63,934 nt of DNA from Negaprion brevirostris (Eukaryota), in assembly GCA_030324005.1 (NCBI GenBank), contig JARDVH010000130.1:12792503-12856436 (forward strand), written 5' to 3'. Position 1 is the stretch's first letter, and every line of letters begins with the position of its first letter. Positions 50,912-62,424 of this stretch are shown piece after piece. The notes under the pieces are model-generated. The model did not search any database and was not told the DNA's origin. It was given only the letters and a program-made list of their open reading frames with translations. The position numbers and the translations under genes were made by a program.

Positions 50912-51352
50912 TAAAACAAAAGCAAAATACTGTGGATGTTGAAAATCTGAAATAAAAAGGTCCTTCTTTGGGAATACAAGAAATGCTCAGCCCATCTGGC
51001 AGCACCCACGAAGAGAGAAACAAAGTAAACCTCCCTGGTCCAGGAGCAGTTCTGGGCAAGTTTCTTTATCTGAAACATAGGCTGGGAGTTTCTGGCTGTA
51101 CACACTGGCAGGATATTCTGCTCTGGCTGATGGCTGACCCCTGTCATGGGTTTCACAGCGGCAAGGAGTGCATTCAACAGGAAACCCCATTGACAATAGC
51201 GGGAACAGAAGATCCCACCACTCACCAATGGCAGGCCAACTGCACCGCTAGGAAATGCATGGCAGGTTGCTGGGAAAATGCCGCCCATGAATTTGGTTTC
51301 TCTCTCCACAGATGCGGCCACACCTGCCGAGTATTTTCAGCATCTTCTGTTG
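50912..51352. mobile_element. Inverted pair of Penelope-like repeats with a MITE (51080-51286)
   Basis: Minus arm 50912-51030; plus arm gaaacat|MITE|...gtttctctctccacagatgc. Confidence 0.6.
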
Positions 51353-54300
51353 TTAATTGAGGAAATTTGTTGCTGGGGAAATTGAACATCTTAATTTGCA
51401 ATTTGAGTACGTAGGATTGGCATCAGGTATTCACATAATCAGGTGTAGAACACGTGGATGCAAATTTTCAGCTCCCTTTTCTCTATCACACCAATCTGCC
51501 TCAGCATCAGTACATATTGTGCCACTAATAAGAGCAGAATTAATATTTCTGCTCTAACTCAGTGATATTGCCAACTCAATGACAAATGTAAGAGAGTTTT
51601 ATACTGTGGACTATTACACTTTACCTCCCAATAGAAATAGGGTGCCCTTTGAACACCAGGCCTGGTTTTCATGCCAAATAATTTTAACAGTAACAAAAGT
51701 CGGGGTGGGTGACAACCAGATGGCTCATCTATTACTACCCAATGGTAAAACCAAACATTCACTCCATGAGGAGTTGCACTGACGCTGGCCAAACTCAAGC
51801 TTAGGCCTTTTTGGCTAAACAGCATAGGGCACTGAGCTGAAGTTCAACAATAGTCTAAAAATCAAATAATCTAAACAATCAGTCCTGCATATAACTCATA
51901 TCCTGCACAGATTAAAGGTTAGTAAACATTAATCTTGAATGTCAATGCTACACTAAAATGGAATATTCTTCATATATTTCAGCTACCAATTAAAATTTAA
52001 TTCTGTGAATAAAACATGACAATTGTTCATGACACTCAATACATAAAATATGATTTCATATGCTCTGTCAATGCCATTTTAAACAAATGTGCACCAATAA
52101 TGACATGCGAATGAACCTAGCACATCATTAAGAAAAGTCTGATCCTAAAACCAGTCTTTACATAGAAAATAAATATCAAGCAAAATAATTTGACAGTAAG
52201 TGATGTTTTTTTCATGGCCACTATGTATTTGCACCATTGTAATGGTAGCANNNNNNNNNNNNNNNNNNNNNNNNNNNNNNNNNNNNNNNNNNNNNNNNNN
52301 NNNNNNNNNNNNNNNNNNNNNNNNNNNNNNNNNNNNNNNNNNNNNNNNNNNNNGTCGCAATCACCCAGCAACCAAAGAAAATCTTTACCCTATAATGTTG
52401 AAAGAGTCAGCCACTTGAATTCATCTGATCTCCAAGGCAGCTGACATATGTATACTGTTGAATGGTAAAGAGCTGTAAATCACAGATACAAACATTCATT
52501 GTAAACAGGTTTGCTCTAAGTCAAATTAAATTCATCTTCAGGACCCATGAGGTGCAGAAGATGGTGACAGCAAGGGAAGACCCATAAATTATGAGCCAAA
52601 ACACCCTTATTCATTTATAACTGAGTGGCACTGATGCTGGTGACTCTCAATTCAGCTGTTTTGAATTGCGAATTTATTTAAGTAAGGGCATTGTTTCTGA
52701 TGGGTCATCCCTATGAGGTCTGTGTCGTACGTGTATTTTATGTGCACCTGTTTGTAAAACATGCTCAGATATGTTTCTGAATAAATAATGACAATTTATG
52801 GTACAAGTTATTGTCTATAATTCCCAAGAACTAAAGCTGAAGTAAGTTTTAAATGTAAATATCATCATCGCAGGAGTCATGAGCAGTTTACAAACTGGAC
52901 ATGAAAACTTTGTCTTAACATTGTTATTTAGAGAAGATTTTGAGGCACAAGGCAGTAGAAGGCTACCCACCAAAGGCAGCATCTTCTATAATAAGCTCAC
53001 AGTGAAGTCAGCGTGATTGCTCTTTGTTGATCCTTACAAAAAAACCAAGTGATTATCTGTGCATTAAAATATCAAAACAGCTGCACATATCTATCATGGA
53101 TATAGATAGCATGTACTTTGAGAAATGTTTTAACTTCATAATGCCCTGTGGCTCTTCGTGAAATCAGCCACGCACTTCTTAAATTTGGATTTTTTTTACT
53201 TTTTAAGCTAGTCATTCTTTTTTCAAAACAAAAGTAAAAGACTGACCTTTAATCGCCTGCAGCAGTGAGCCACTCACAAGAGACGGGTGTTTTGTCCATT
53301 TGAAGACATGGGTGTTCTCAGTTATCAGTTCAGAATCTGGTAAAAACTCCTTCCACATCACAAGATTTGTTTTAAATGATTATAGACTTGGGGTAGTTAG
53401 AAGCCAGTCCCTAACTTATAATGTTGTCCAACAGTCCACTTCCTCTAAACATTTTCACAAGATAAAGGATGAGCCAAAGCAAGAATCAAATCCAGAATGA
53501 TTTGTGATCATCTAAAATGCGTTTCCAGTTCAAAAATCTGTTGACCTTCTTTTTGTTTTGTTGCTCCATCGCACTGTGGTGTCATTTCTTACTACTTCAC
53601 AGTTCATGTGTTAAACTTCTGGTACATAATCCCAATCTTCATCTGTCCTCAGAGAACCCAGTATTTTGCAGATTTACTGTTCAGGATAAATATGCACAGG
53701 TTTTAAAATAATTAATTTATAGCAGTAATATAAAACAATGCATTCAGTTAGGTCAATACAAATGTGATCAAGGGGATCCTCAAGTAAATTACTTTGGATC
53801 TTTGCTGTACAGTAGCTTATTTGCAACACATTAAGGTGGATTCACAATATACTTTGACAGCCCTACCAGCAAAGAGGGAGACTAGTACTTCTCCAAATGT
53901 GGAAAATCGGTACTAAAAAAGCTGGAGTTCCTGATTTCAATCTCCAGTCATGTGAACGGGAGAAGCTCCAATTATCTCAACATACTGTTCAGCAATTCCT
54001 GTATGATATGTTTGAATATTGTCTCATGAAGACATTTTAAAAACTACATTGTTAACAGAGGTGTGCCACATTGTCCAAATGTGTACTCTAATTTTGTCTT
54101 CATCACCAACTTGTCAGGAGTGTTCTTCTCCCCCTCTCTGAAGGTACACTGCAAATAGTACAAACACTGTTGTGAACCCATCGTCGCCACTGGAGTTATC
54201 CCCATGTGTTTTAAATCATTGCCCTCCCTGCCCATTCACCTGTCGCTTCCTTGCGAAAGGGAAAAAAAAAGAAACACCAAACGGTAGAGAAATTAAGCAG

Positions 54301-54784
54301 AAAAAGAAAAGATGAAACAGTCCATGACCCTTTTTTTCTTTACTGCAAAAGACAGAAAAATAAATTGAACTACTTCACAACTTCCTCCACAGAGACAATT
54401 CGAAAAAATAAATACTCGTGGAATTTGAAGACCTCACATTTTGTTTTCAATTACAGAAAGGCACAACAAATACAACACGGAACTGTTTGAAAACTATGCA
54501 CAAGCTTGTCCTATTGTGCACAGGGTGAGGGTGAGGGGACTATGCACACAGTCCCGAGCTGTCCGATTGTGCACCTGGATAATGTTGCCTCATCATCCTA
54601 CTTTAAGGGCACTGAAGTGTGCGCCCAATAACCGGAGTTTTGATAAATAACGATGTATAAAATGTTCTTCCCGCCTAACTAATCTAGCCTCAGTGGTTTG
54701 TGCAAATGATGATTTGTATCTATGCTCGTTGGTGAGACACGTCCTTCTGCTCAGTGTGGAGAGTGGGCTGCCCTGTGCCGAGGG

Positions 54785-56401
54785 TTACAGGTCTGTCTCG
54801 GTGTGTGGGTCCAGGCACAGGGCGTACAGAGATTTCCTGATGTCCGGGGCGCTGTTGGCCTTCAGGTGGGCGCCCGCCCCATTGTTCACCCCATCGCTGT
54901 TCTCCAAGGGTTTGCCCAGCGAGCTCCGGCTCCTCTTCAACTCCTCCGAGTTGCTGGCCTCGCTCTCCGGCTGGTCTTTCAGGTACTGAGCCTGCTCCTC
55001 GTTGTCCGTCTCCCGGTGGTAGAAGTAGTTGAAGTTGGAGACGATGACGGGCACGGGCAGGGCGATGGTCAGCACGCCGGCGATGGCGCACAGGGAGCCC
55101 ACGATCTTCCCCCCGATGGTGACCGGGTGCATGTCGCCGTAGCCCACCGTGGTCATGGTGACCACCGCCCACCAGAAGGCGTCGGGGATGCTGGAGAAGT
55201 GGGAGCGGGGCTCGTCCGCCTCGGCGAAGTAGACGGCGCTGGAGAAGAGGATGACCCCGATGAAGAGGAAGAAGATGAGGAGACCCAGCTCCCTCATGCT
55301 GGCCTTGAGCGTCTGGCCCAGGATCTGCAGGCCCTTGGAGTGGCGGGAAAGCTTGAAGATGCGGAAGACCCGCACCAGGCGGATGACCCGGAGGATGGCC
55401 AAGGACATGGCCTGTTGACCATTGGACTGCTGCTCGGCCAGCTCGGTGCCCAGGGTGATGAAGTAGGGGAAGATGGCCACGATGTCGATGATGTTCATGA
55501 TGTCGCGGGCGAAGACCGCCTTGCTGGGGCAGGCCAGGAAGCGGACCAGCAGCTCCAGGGTGAACCACACCACACAGGTGGTCTCGATGATGAAGAAGGG
55601 GTCGGCCAGGCTGTTGACGCCCGGCCCCTGGGTGCCATTGGCGCCGCGCTGCCCACTGTAGCGGTCATCGCGGAACTCGGGCAGGGTCTCCAGGCAGAAG
55701 ATGATGATGGAGATGACGATGACCAGGACGGAGACGATGGCGATGCCGCGGGCGGGACTGGAACTCTCCGGGTACTCGAAGAGGAGCCACATCTGCTTCT
55801 GGAACTCGTTGTTGGGCAGGGGTCGCTCCTCCTCCTTGATGAAGCCCTCGTCCTCCCGGAACCGCTCCATGGCCTCGGGTCCCAGCTTGTAGAAGCGGAT
55901 CTCGTCGGCGAACATGTCGATGGAGACGTTGACGGGCCGGCGGATGCGGCCCCCGGACTGGTAGAAGTAGAGGATGCCGTCGAAGCAGGGGCGGTTGCGG
56001 TCGAAGAAGTACTCGTTCTTGAGCGGGTCGAAGTAGCGCATCCTCTTGTCGGGGTCGCCCAGCAGGCTGTCCGGGAACTGGCTCAAGGTGCTCAGCTGGG
56101 TCTCGTACCGCAGCCCGGCGATGTTGATGACCACCCGCTCGGCGCGGTTCACCTCCGGCGGCGGGAGCAGCAGCAGCGGCGGCGGCGGGTTTTCCGGCAG
56201 CGGACCCGCCGCGTTCATGTCGTTCATCTCTCCCGCCGCGGGCTCCGGCCAGCGGTGACCACTGCCCGTGGCCGGGGGCGGGGGAGCAGCAGCAGCAGCG
56301 CTCAGAGCCGAGGTACCACCACCACCACCCCTCCGACAGCTCCCCAGAGCCGCGCCGCCCTCCTCCTCCTCCTCCTGCAACCTCACCAGGGCTATGTCCA
56401 T
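54785..56401 (-). CDS. KCNA5: Voltage-gated potassium channel Kv1.5 (Shaker subfamily), intronless, 538 aa
   Basis: Complete ORF with T1 domain ([16 protein letters not shown]...YFFDRNRP), S1-S6, S4 [21 protein letters not shown], filter TTVGYGD and S6 PVP. N-terminus MDIALV and C-terminus [11 protein letters not shown]...ETDL match the Kv1.5-specific termini (mammalian MEIALV...[18 protein letters not shown]). Start context gggATGG is strong. Confidence 0.93.
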   Translation of the reverse strand: MDIALVRLQEEEEEGGAALGSCRRGGGGGTSALSAAAAAPPPPATGSGHRWPEPAAGEMNDMNAAGPLPENPPPPLLLLPPPEVNRAERVVINIAGLRYETQLSTLSQFPDSLLGDPDKRMRYFDPLKNEYFFDRNRPCFDGILYFYQSGGRIRRPVNVSIDMFADEIRFYKLGPEAMERFREDEGFIKEEERPLPNNEFQKQMWLLFEYPESSSPARGIAIVSVLVIVISIIIFCLETLPEFRDDRYSGQRGANGTQGPGVNSLADPFFIIETTCVVWFTLELLVRFLACPSKAVFARDIMNIIDIVAIFPYFITLGTELAEQQSNGQQAMSLAILRVIRLVRVFRIFKLSRHSKGLQILGQTLKASMRELGLLIFFLFIGVILFSSAVYFAEADEPRSHFSSIPDAFWWAVVTMTTVGYGDMHPVTIGGKIVGSLCAIAGVLTIALPVPVIVSNFNYFYHRETDNEEQAQYLKDQPESEASNSEELKRSRSSLGKPLENSDGVNNGAGAHLKANSAPDIRKSLYALCLDPHTETDL

Positions 56402-56411
56402 CCCCCAGCGA

Positions 56412-56459
56412 TCAAATATTCAACAGCCCCGCCGAGACCCGCGTCCAGCGGCCACACAT
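56412..56459 (-). other. Candidate 15-aa upstream ORF ([15 protein letters not shown])
   Basis: ATG at 56459, TGA at 56414-56412, ending 10 nt before the KCNA5 ATG. Presence in the mRNA is assumed. Confidence 0.45.
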
Positions 56460-56480
56460 AGCCGCCAGGGNNNNNNNNNN

Positions 56481-56492
56481 GACACACACACA

Positions 56493-56533
<41 letters not shown>

Positions 56534-56592
56534 CAAAGGAAATCAGCATCAGCCCCTTGCACCACCCTACAGGGACACACACACATACACAC
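56481..56592. repeat. (CA)n/(GT)n microsatellites with a short (CT)n insert just upstream of KCNA5
   Basis: Read directly: gacacacacacactctctcacacaca... at 56481-56530, second CA run at ~56575-56592. Confidence 0.9.
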
Positions 56593-58316
56593 ATCAAACC
56601 ATTGGTTACAGGAGCGGAACCCGGATGAACAACAAATAAATCATTATTCCATCTCTCTCTCTCCCCCTGATGTGCAGAGATGAGGAGCACACTTTTCATT
56701 TGCCCCCTCCCCCCGGCAGATTGGTAAGGATAAGGTCGAGTCTGTTTCAACACAGTCTTTTAGGAGCCAACCAGCTCAACTAGTAGCGCTACTTCCTGAC
56801 ACCACCACCCAAAACCTTCACCCTATTCCTCCCCACTAGCCTGACCCTAATCTCCATCCCCTCCCTGCCCCGCTCTACACTCCAGGTACCTTCCACTGCT
56901 GAGAAACAAAACCATGCAGTAATCATCTACCCTCCCTTTCCTCGAGCCTTTTTTAAAAAATCACACAGAATAATAGGCAAGGAATTAAACAGGTGGGTTT
57001 ATTTTAAATAAGTCCCAAGTGCATGTTGTGTCTCTGACCGCATTTACTCGGCACGGTAATTAAAGAGCTTCCCATCCTTTCGTCAAACCAGTGTTTCGGA
57101 GATTGCACGGTGCCATTGCTTTGTGGAACACTGCGGGTATCTCAGCGACCAGCCATTTGATAGCCACCAAATCAATCCATAAATAATGTTTTAAAAAAAC
57201 CCTATCGACTGATTCGCTGCGATTCCAACAAACTGGACCCAGTGTAGTTGGGACTACACACTTCAACCCCAACACACAGCAAGAAGCCTAACTGTAACCA
57301 AGGTTAGTTTGTAGTAATGGTTAACCCATAAATGTTTTACAGCGATGAAACCCAGAGCACAGTGTGCACACAAAACATGAACTGTGTTTAGTCACGGTCA
57401 TGCCTTCGGCATGGCATTGTTTTCGCTTTGTAAAAACACACCCACTCTTGCTCCCATCTCTTCCCCCAGCAACGCTTATTCGAAAGGCAGCCTGGTCTCA
57501 TGACTTTCAGGGAATCCATACAAGTGAAGTTTTAGACATCTGGTCCAGGATGGCTGCACCATTTGATTCCTCATAAAGTGAAATCTATTTCCTCAGAAGG
57601 TCGAGAAGCATTATTGGCAGGAACAATAATACAAGTCGATTTAGAACATGTATTTATTAGCAGATTAAATAGCGGATGCCAGCTCACCATGATCTAAAGG
57701 AAGACTCTTGGCCATTAAAAATCGAGGGGAGGCTACTCCGCATCTTCCACTCTTGCTACAGAAAATCCCAAATTTGGGATTAATTTGACATAATGAGGGT
57801 CGGCAGGGTGCAGATAGTTGCAGCGGCCACCAATCTGTTGCTCTGCGTCCCCAGTGAAGGAATTGATTTCTTTTTGGAAATGCCTTCCCTCACAACGTCT
57901 GAGCTTAACCTGCTGGGGACAAGCAAACCTGGTGCTCACGTTGCTGGACTAAATATGGTAAAGCCCATGCTGACTTATGTTCACATTATAGTGAAAATGG
58001 CAACGTATCCGTACATTGCAGAATGAGTTCTGCCGTGTTCCACACCACCTGCTATTAACTCCTGTTTTCTGCTCTCGACAGACAACTCAACTTTCCCTTC
58101 AAGTCAATGGAAACTATTTCGAACGTACAATATATCACGTGCTCCGTACCATCATTGAAAGTTAGAAGTACGCCTCCAGCGACCATGATTCATTGAATTA
58201 TCCCTTGTGGATTCTACCTTCCACCACTATCTCTCCGAGGGCATTTCCTGTCTTGATAACTCAGGGTAGACATAAATCTTCTAATCCCTCCCTCTGTTAA
58301 ATTCATGTGCCCGACT

Positions 58317-58608
58317 TAAAGTTCATTTATTAGTGGCACAAGTAGGCTTACATTAACAGTGCAATGAAGTTATTGTGAAACTTCCCTAATCACCATACTC
58401 TGGCACCTTCTAGGGTACACGGAGGGAGAATTTAGCATGGCCAATATCAGTACGTCTTTCGGACTATAGGAGGAAACAGGAGCATCCCGCGGAAACCTAC
58501 ACAGACACGGGGAAGATTGTGCGGGCTCCACACCCACAGTGACCCAAGCTGGATATTGAATCCAGGGCCTGATGCTGTGAGGTAGCAGGGCTAACCGCTG
58601 TGCAGCAC
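58317..58608 (-). mobile_element. Alternative-tail V-SINE nested in a decayed CR1 (~58170-58940)
   Basis: tttattagtggcacaagtaggcttacattaac...gagaatttagcatggccaat...gctgtgaggtagcagggctaacc. Confidence 0.8.
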
Positions 58609-60227
58609 TGATACATTAACAAGTGAAAAACACCTCTTTTGTATTTACCAGATTAAAACATCTCAATTTGGAGCACTTCCATCAAATCTCCTCTTCCCCT
58701 TCTCCACTATAATGAAAAGAATCTCTGTTTCATGTTGCTTCACATACTAAAGATTTAGTATCAACTCAGTAGCCTCTTCCACACCTCTCCATTGCCTTCA
58801 CTATATTGCTGAAGTACTACATCAAAACTGGACATAACATTTTACCTACATCCTCTATTGTTTGCATCGTGTTAGCATCACTGCTTTTTGTTTTAAATGG
58901 AATGCCCACATTTCTAAAACGTAGGATTCCCTGTGCATTTTGGCGGCTTAATCAGATTAAAAGGAAGGACAAAGTTTGTGGACTTGAGACCATGTTTTTG
59001 TGCTTCTCTGCCCTTTAAGGAGGAGACCTATGAGCTAAATGGCAAAAATTTTAGTCTTCCTCATAAAAAGACAGACCGAGAAATTGAACTATCCCGGGGT
59101 CAGAAAGTCACCCCGGTGTAGTGCTAACTACAAGCACCTAAATGAAGCCAAAGGTAAGCAAGATTGCTCAGCCACCCTCATTTGTTTCGTTATCAGTGAG
59201 GTGCAAGGTCTGATCTTGGCCCAAGAGAACCTATCCCTCGAAGGCGAAATGCAAAGGCGGCTGGCTTGGTTGTTAATTAGGGTGNNNNNNNNNNNNGGGA
59301 ATGGTGGGGAAGAGAGCAAATCATGCAAGTTATAAAATCATTGCATTGCAGGTAGAAGGCTTCCCACTGGAATATGCAAAGACCCTAACACCTGTTTCAT
59401 GCTCAGGCTCTGTCCATCCAAGAATGTGTATAGATACCATGGAAGGGAGTACGTACAGCACTTGTTCTTTTTTTTAGGTATCAGTTTTACATCTCTACTC
59501 TGGATGCAAAACCAAAAACATTTCTAGGCTATCATGTCACAATTTTCAGCATTACGTTTCATCTGTCAACAAGCTACCCATTCTGTTATCTTGTCTCTGT
59601 TTATCCACCTAAAGTCCAAACAGTCTCTTCACAGCTAACCAGACTCCCTATTTTTGTGCCATCTTCAAATTTTGAAATCATGTATTCAAATGCAGATCAT
59701 TTGGACATATATATTGAGAAAAGCAATTGTTCGAACACTGATACTATTTACATCTCTCCAGTCTGAATCAATCAATCTCTTCTTTTCATCCACTAACTTC
59801 ACAGCCATACTGTCTCATTATGCAACTTAATTTTATCAGTGAAGTTTTATATGATGCCTCATGCAAGTACATGTAACACGTTCATTGCATTTACCATTGC
59901 ACTGCACTACATATTAGCCTCTAAAATATTCAATTGCAAGAATAAATCTTTAAACTAAATTTGTGGAAAGTAACTATAATAGACTATCTGGAGGCATTGA
60001 TTTAAGTAGTTCGGGAGTTTGAATGTGCTCGAGAAAATTGTTTCTCACACCTCAATAATTTATGTGGATGAAGTATATTCAAAATATTTGGCATAAGGGG
60101 CATTTGGCTGGGCTTAAATTTAGGGCAAACCTGTCATGTTTCACATGTTATACAGATACAGAAAAACACCAATATTGTGGAGTAGGCTTGGTACAGCACC
60201 ACATGTGCTCTTAGATTTGGCATTACA

Positions 60228-60420
60228 GCAAGGTCTCATCTGTCTGACCTAGTGATTGTTAAATATCCCATGGCATTATATCAAAGAGCAGAGAATTCCA
60301 CCAGTATGACAGGGAACATTCCTTTCTGAACTAATTCCCCAATGAATCAATCATTTCATTCATTGCTGTTTATTGAATATTGCTGCAATAGGATGGTTAT
60401 ATTTGCTTTCATTATAACAA
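60228..60420 (+). mobile_element. Ancient DeuSINE (Deu-domain) remnant
   Basis: atcccatggcattatatcaaagagcagagaatt...cattgctgttt...ttgctg...cattataacaa resembles the Deu-domain consensus. Confidence 0.55.
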
Positions 60421-62424
60421 TCCTTATGAAAATTTGCTGATTATTTTCAAAAATTAATATAGACATTTTAAAATTTATTCAAAAACTCTATCCCACTGAA
60501 CTAGCAATAAAGAAAAAAAACCAAGATCTTCAGAAATCCTCATTTAATTGTAAGGTACAAGGGAACTTTAATTCCAATTTATCATTCCTTAATAATTTAT
60601 TAACTTACTATTCAAACTCACTATTAGATTTTGCAAATTTAATCAGCAAGTATCTAAGGGAAAACATGTGCACAACCTTAGCAGCTCACATCTCCAAGTT
60701 AATTCCTATTCTGTCCCATTTCACATCAATCCCTGTCTGACTATAACACAGAAATACAAAAGATAATCTGGAATCCTGGTAGATTCAGCAATTGCTAGTT
60801 GGTTTCTAATTAGCTCACAGCCTTATCTTTTCATTGTTCTGTTTGCTTCACTTCTATTTTGTGGCTCCCACCTTATAAAGGTTTCCTGCTGTTTAGTTAG
60901 TATTTCTAACTAAAGTTGATACAATGAAGTGGGATCCTCTAATTGCTCCTACTGGCAACTAGGCGCCTGTGAAGGTTTCTGTAATCCAACATTTAAAACA
61001 GCCATCTTTGAATTATCCCACCCTTGAACATTGATTTTGTTAGCTATCAGAATCAAGAGATCACCCAGTGCTATTAATTAAATGGATCTTTCACTTCAAC
61101 CTCCTCTCTTGCCATTGGTCTCTCAAGATATATATGGACATTATAGCATACCTAGGACATGTGAACGAAACCACTGTTAGTGGTAAATTCTCCCAACCTT
61201 ACAGGATTGCTTGCATCACTATACAGCTGTGGGTAATAGACAATGAGCTCAGAAAGATGAACTCTCACACCACATGTGGTACCATTGTTTTTAGAATCCA
61301 AAGTGCTCGTAAGAAATTAATCCAAAATGGTTAAATTTCTGACCATGTCATGTTTCAATTTGTACGATGGCTTTTCTATTCTAAGTTATTTTAACTGATC
61401 TAAGTTATAGATGGCAGTCCAGACATATGTGCACAACTAACTGGCCATCAGAGAAAGCCTCTTGGGATTTAGGATTGGAAACATATGCAGCAGAATGTGA
61501 GAAAGATTCTTTGGATGGTTGACTTTGCTTTGCCATTATTTAGGGAGTAGGTGTTTATACATTTGAAGAGTCATTGGTTGCATGTACATGAACAGGTACA
61601 TTTTGAGCCTGAGAGATTCCTTTCCCCACCAGCATGTGAAGCATCTTGCTGTGGGCATGAACTCAGAGTATCTGCCCTAATATGTTGAAGGGAATTTTAA
61701 CCCCAATAATAAATAGGAAAGGGAAGAGTTATAGGGTAAAATTTCAGAAATCTGCAACCTGACACCTATCTGCCTCCATTTCGAATTTTACCAGAAGTAG
61801 GCTAGGGGTGGACAACTAACCTTCCCTTGAGATATCAGATATTTAAATATGATAATGAGGTGCTTGGGACACCCAGTCACTTAAAAGGGGCAGAAATGGC
61901 CAGAACCAGCAGCCAGGTGCCTTTCCAGCACTGTTTAGCTATATGGTTTACCCAGTGTTACTCTGTTAATAACTCAGCTATATGCTTCTTTCTCTGGAAT
62001 CCACCTGTACTTGGGGACGGGGTGTGTGTGTGCATGCGTGCGTGCGCGCGCGTCTGTGTGATGAGGGGAAAGGAATGTTTGTGTGTGTTGCATAACTGGA
62101 ATGTTTTTATCCCGTGATAACGTAATATCCTGCGTGATAATACCAGAGTAGGCAATAATATGGTCAGTGGGTGGGCTTTTAAATTGCAAAGTTGATCATT
62201 AATGGATAGTAAACCTCATTGGCAGTCAGGACAGATGCAAAAGCTGGATGTGGTTCTGTCTCTGACTTCAGCAAGGGAGATTTCTGAGAGATTTTTGACA
62301 TTGGTATTCTTGGAAGGTGCAGAATCTGGGGCCTTTGTCAAGTTTCCAACCAATCATTTGTTTGCAAAGTGATGAACTATCTACTCCGCAGTATTGTTTA
62401 CCTGATGAATACGGGAATAGTGGT

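Larger units (their letters stand above)
54700..56470. promoter_or_regulatory. CpG-island-like GC-rich domain covering the KCNA5 CDS and 5' leader
   Basis: Visibly high GC and abundant CpG compared with the AT-rich, CpG-poor flanks; not quantified. Confidence 0.75.

Noticed and set aside
51803-51818. ggcctttttggctaa resembling the U2 5' stem-loop
   Set aside because: Only about 15 nt with an indel and no flanking U2 similarity or TSD; compatible with chance.
54785-56401. Assignment to KCNA3 because of GYGDMHPVT
   Set aside because: Both termini, FDGILY/VNVS/FADEI in T1 and the ETDL end are Kv1.5-type.
54722-56461. 579-aa ORF antisense to KCNA5, and a 282-aa alternative-frame ORF (54720-55568)
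   Set aside because: Shadow ORFs expected from the very high third-position GC of the real CDS; no recognisable domain and biased composition.
57242-57259. gtgtagt-tggg-actacac mini-hairpin containing ACTACA upstream of KCNA5
   Set aside because: Does not complete the ACTACAnnTCCCA (ZNF143/THAP11) motif; a 7-bp inverted repeat is expected by chance.
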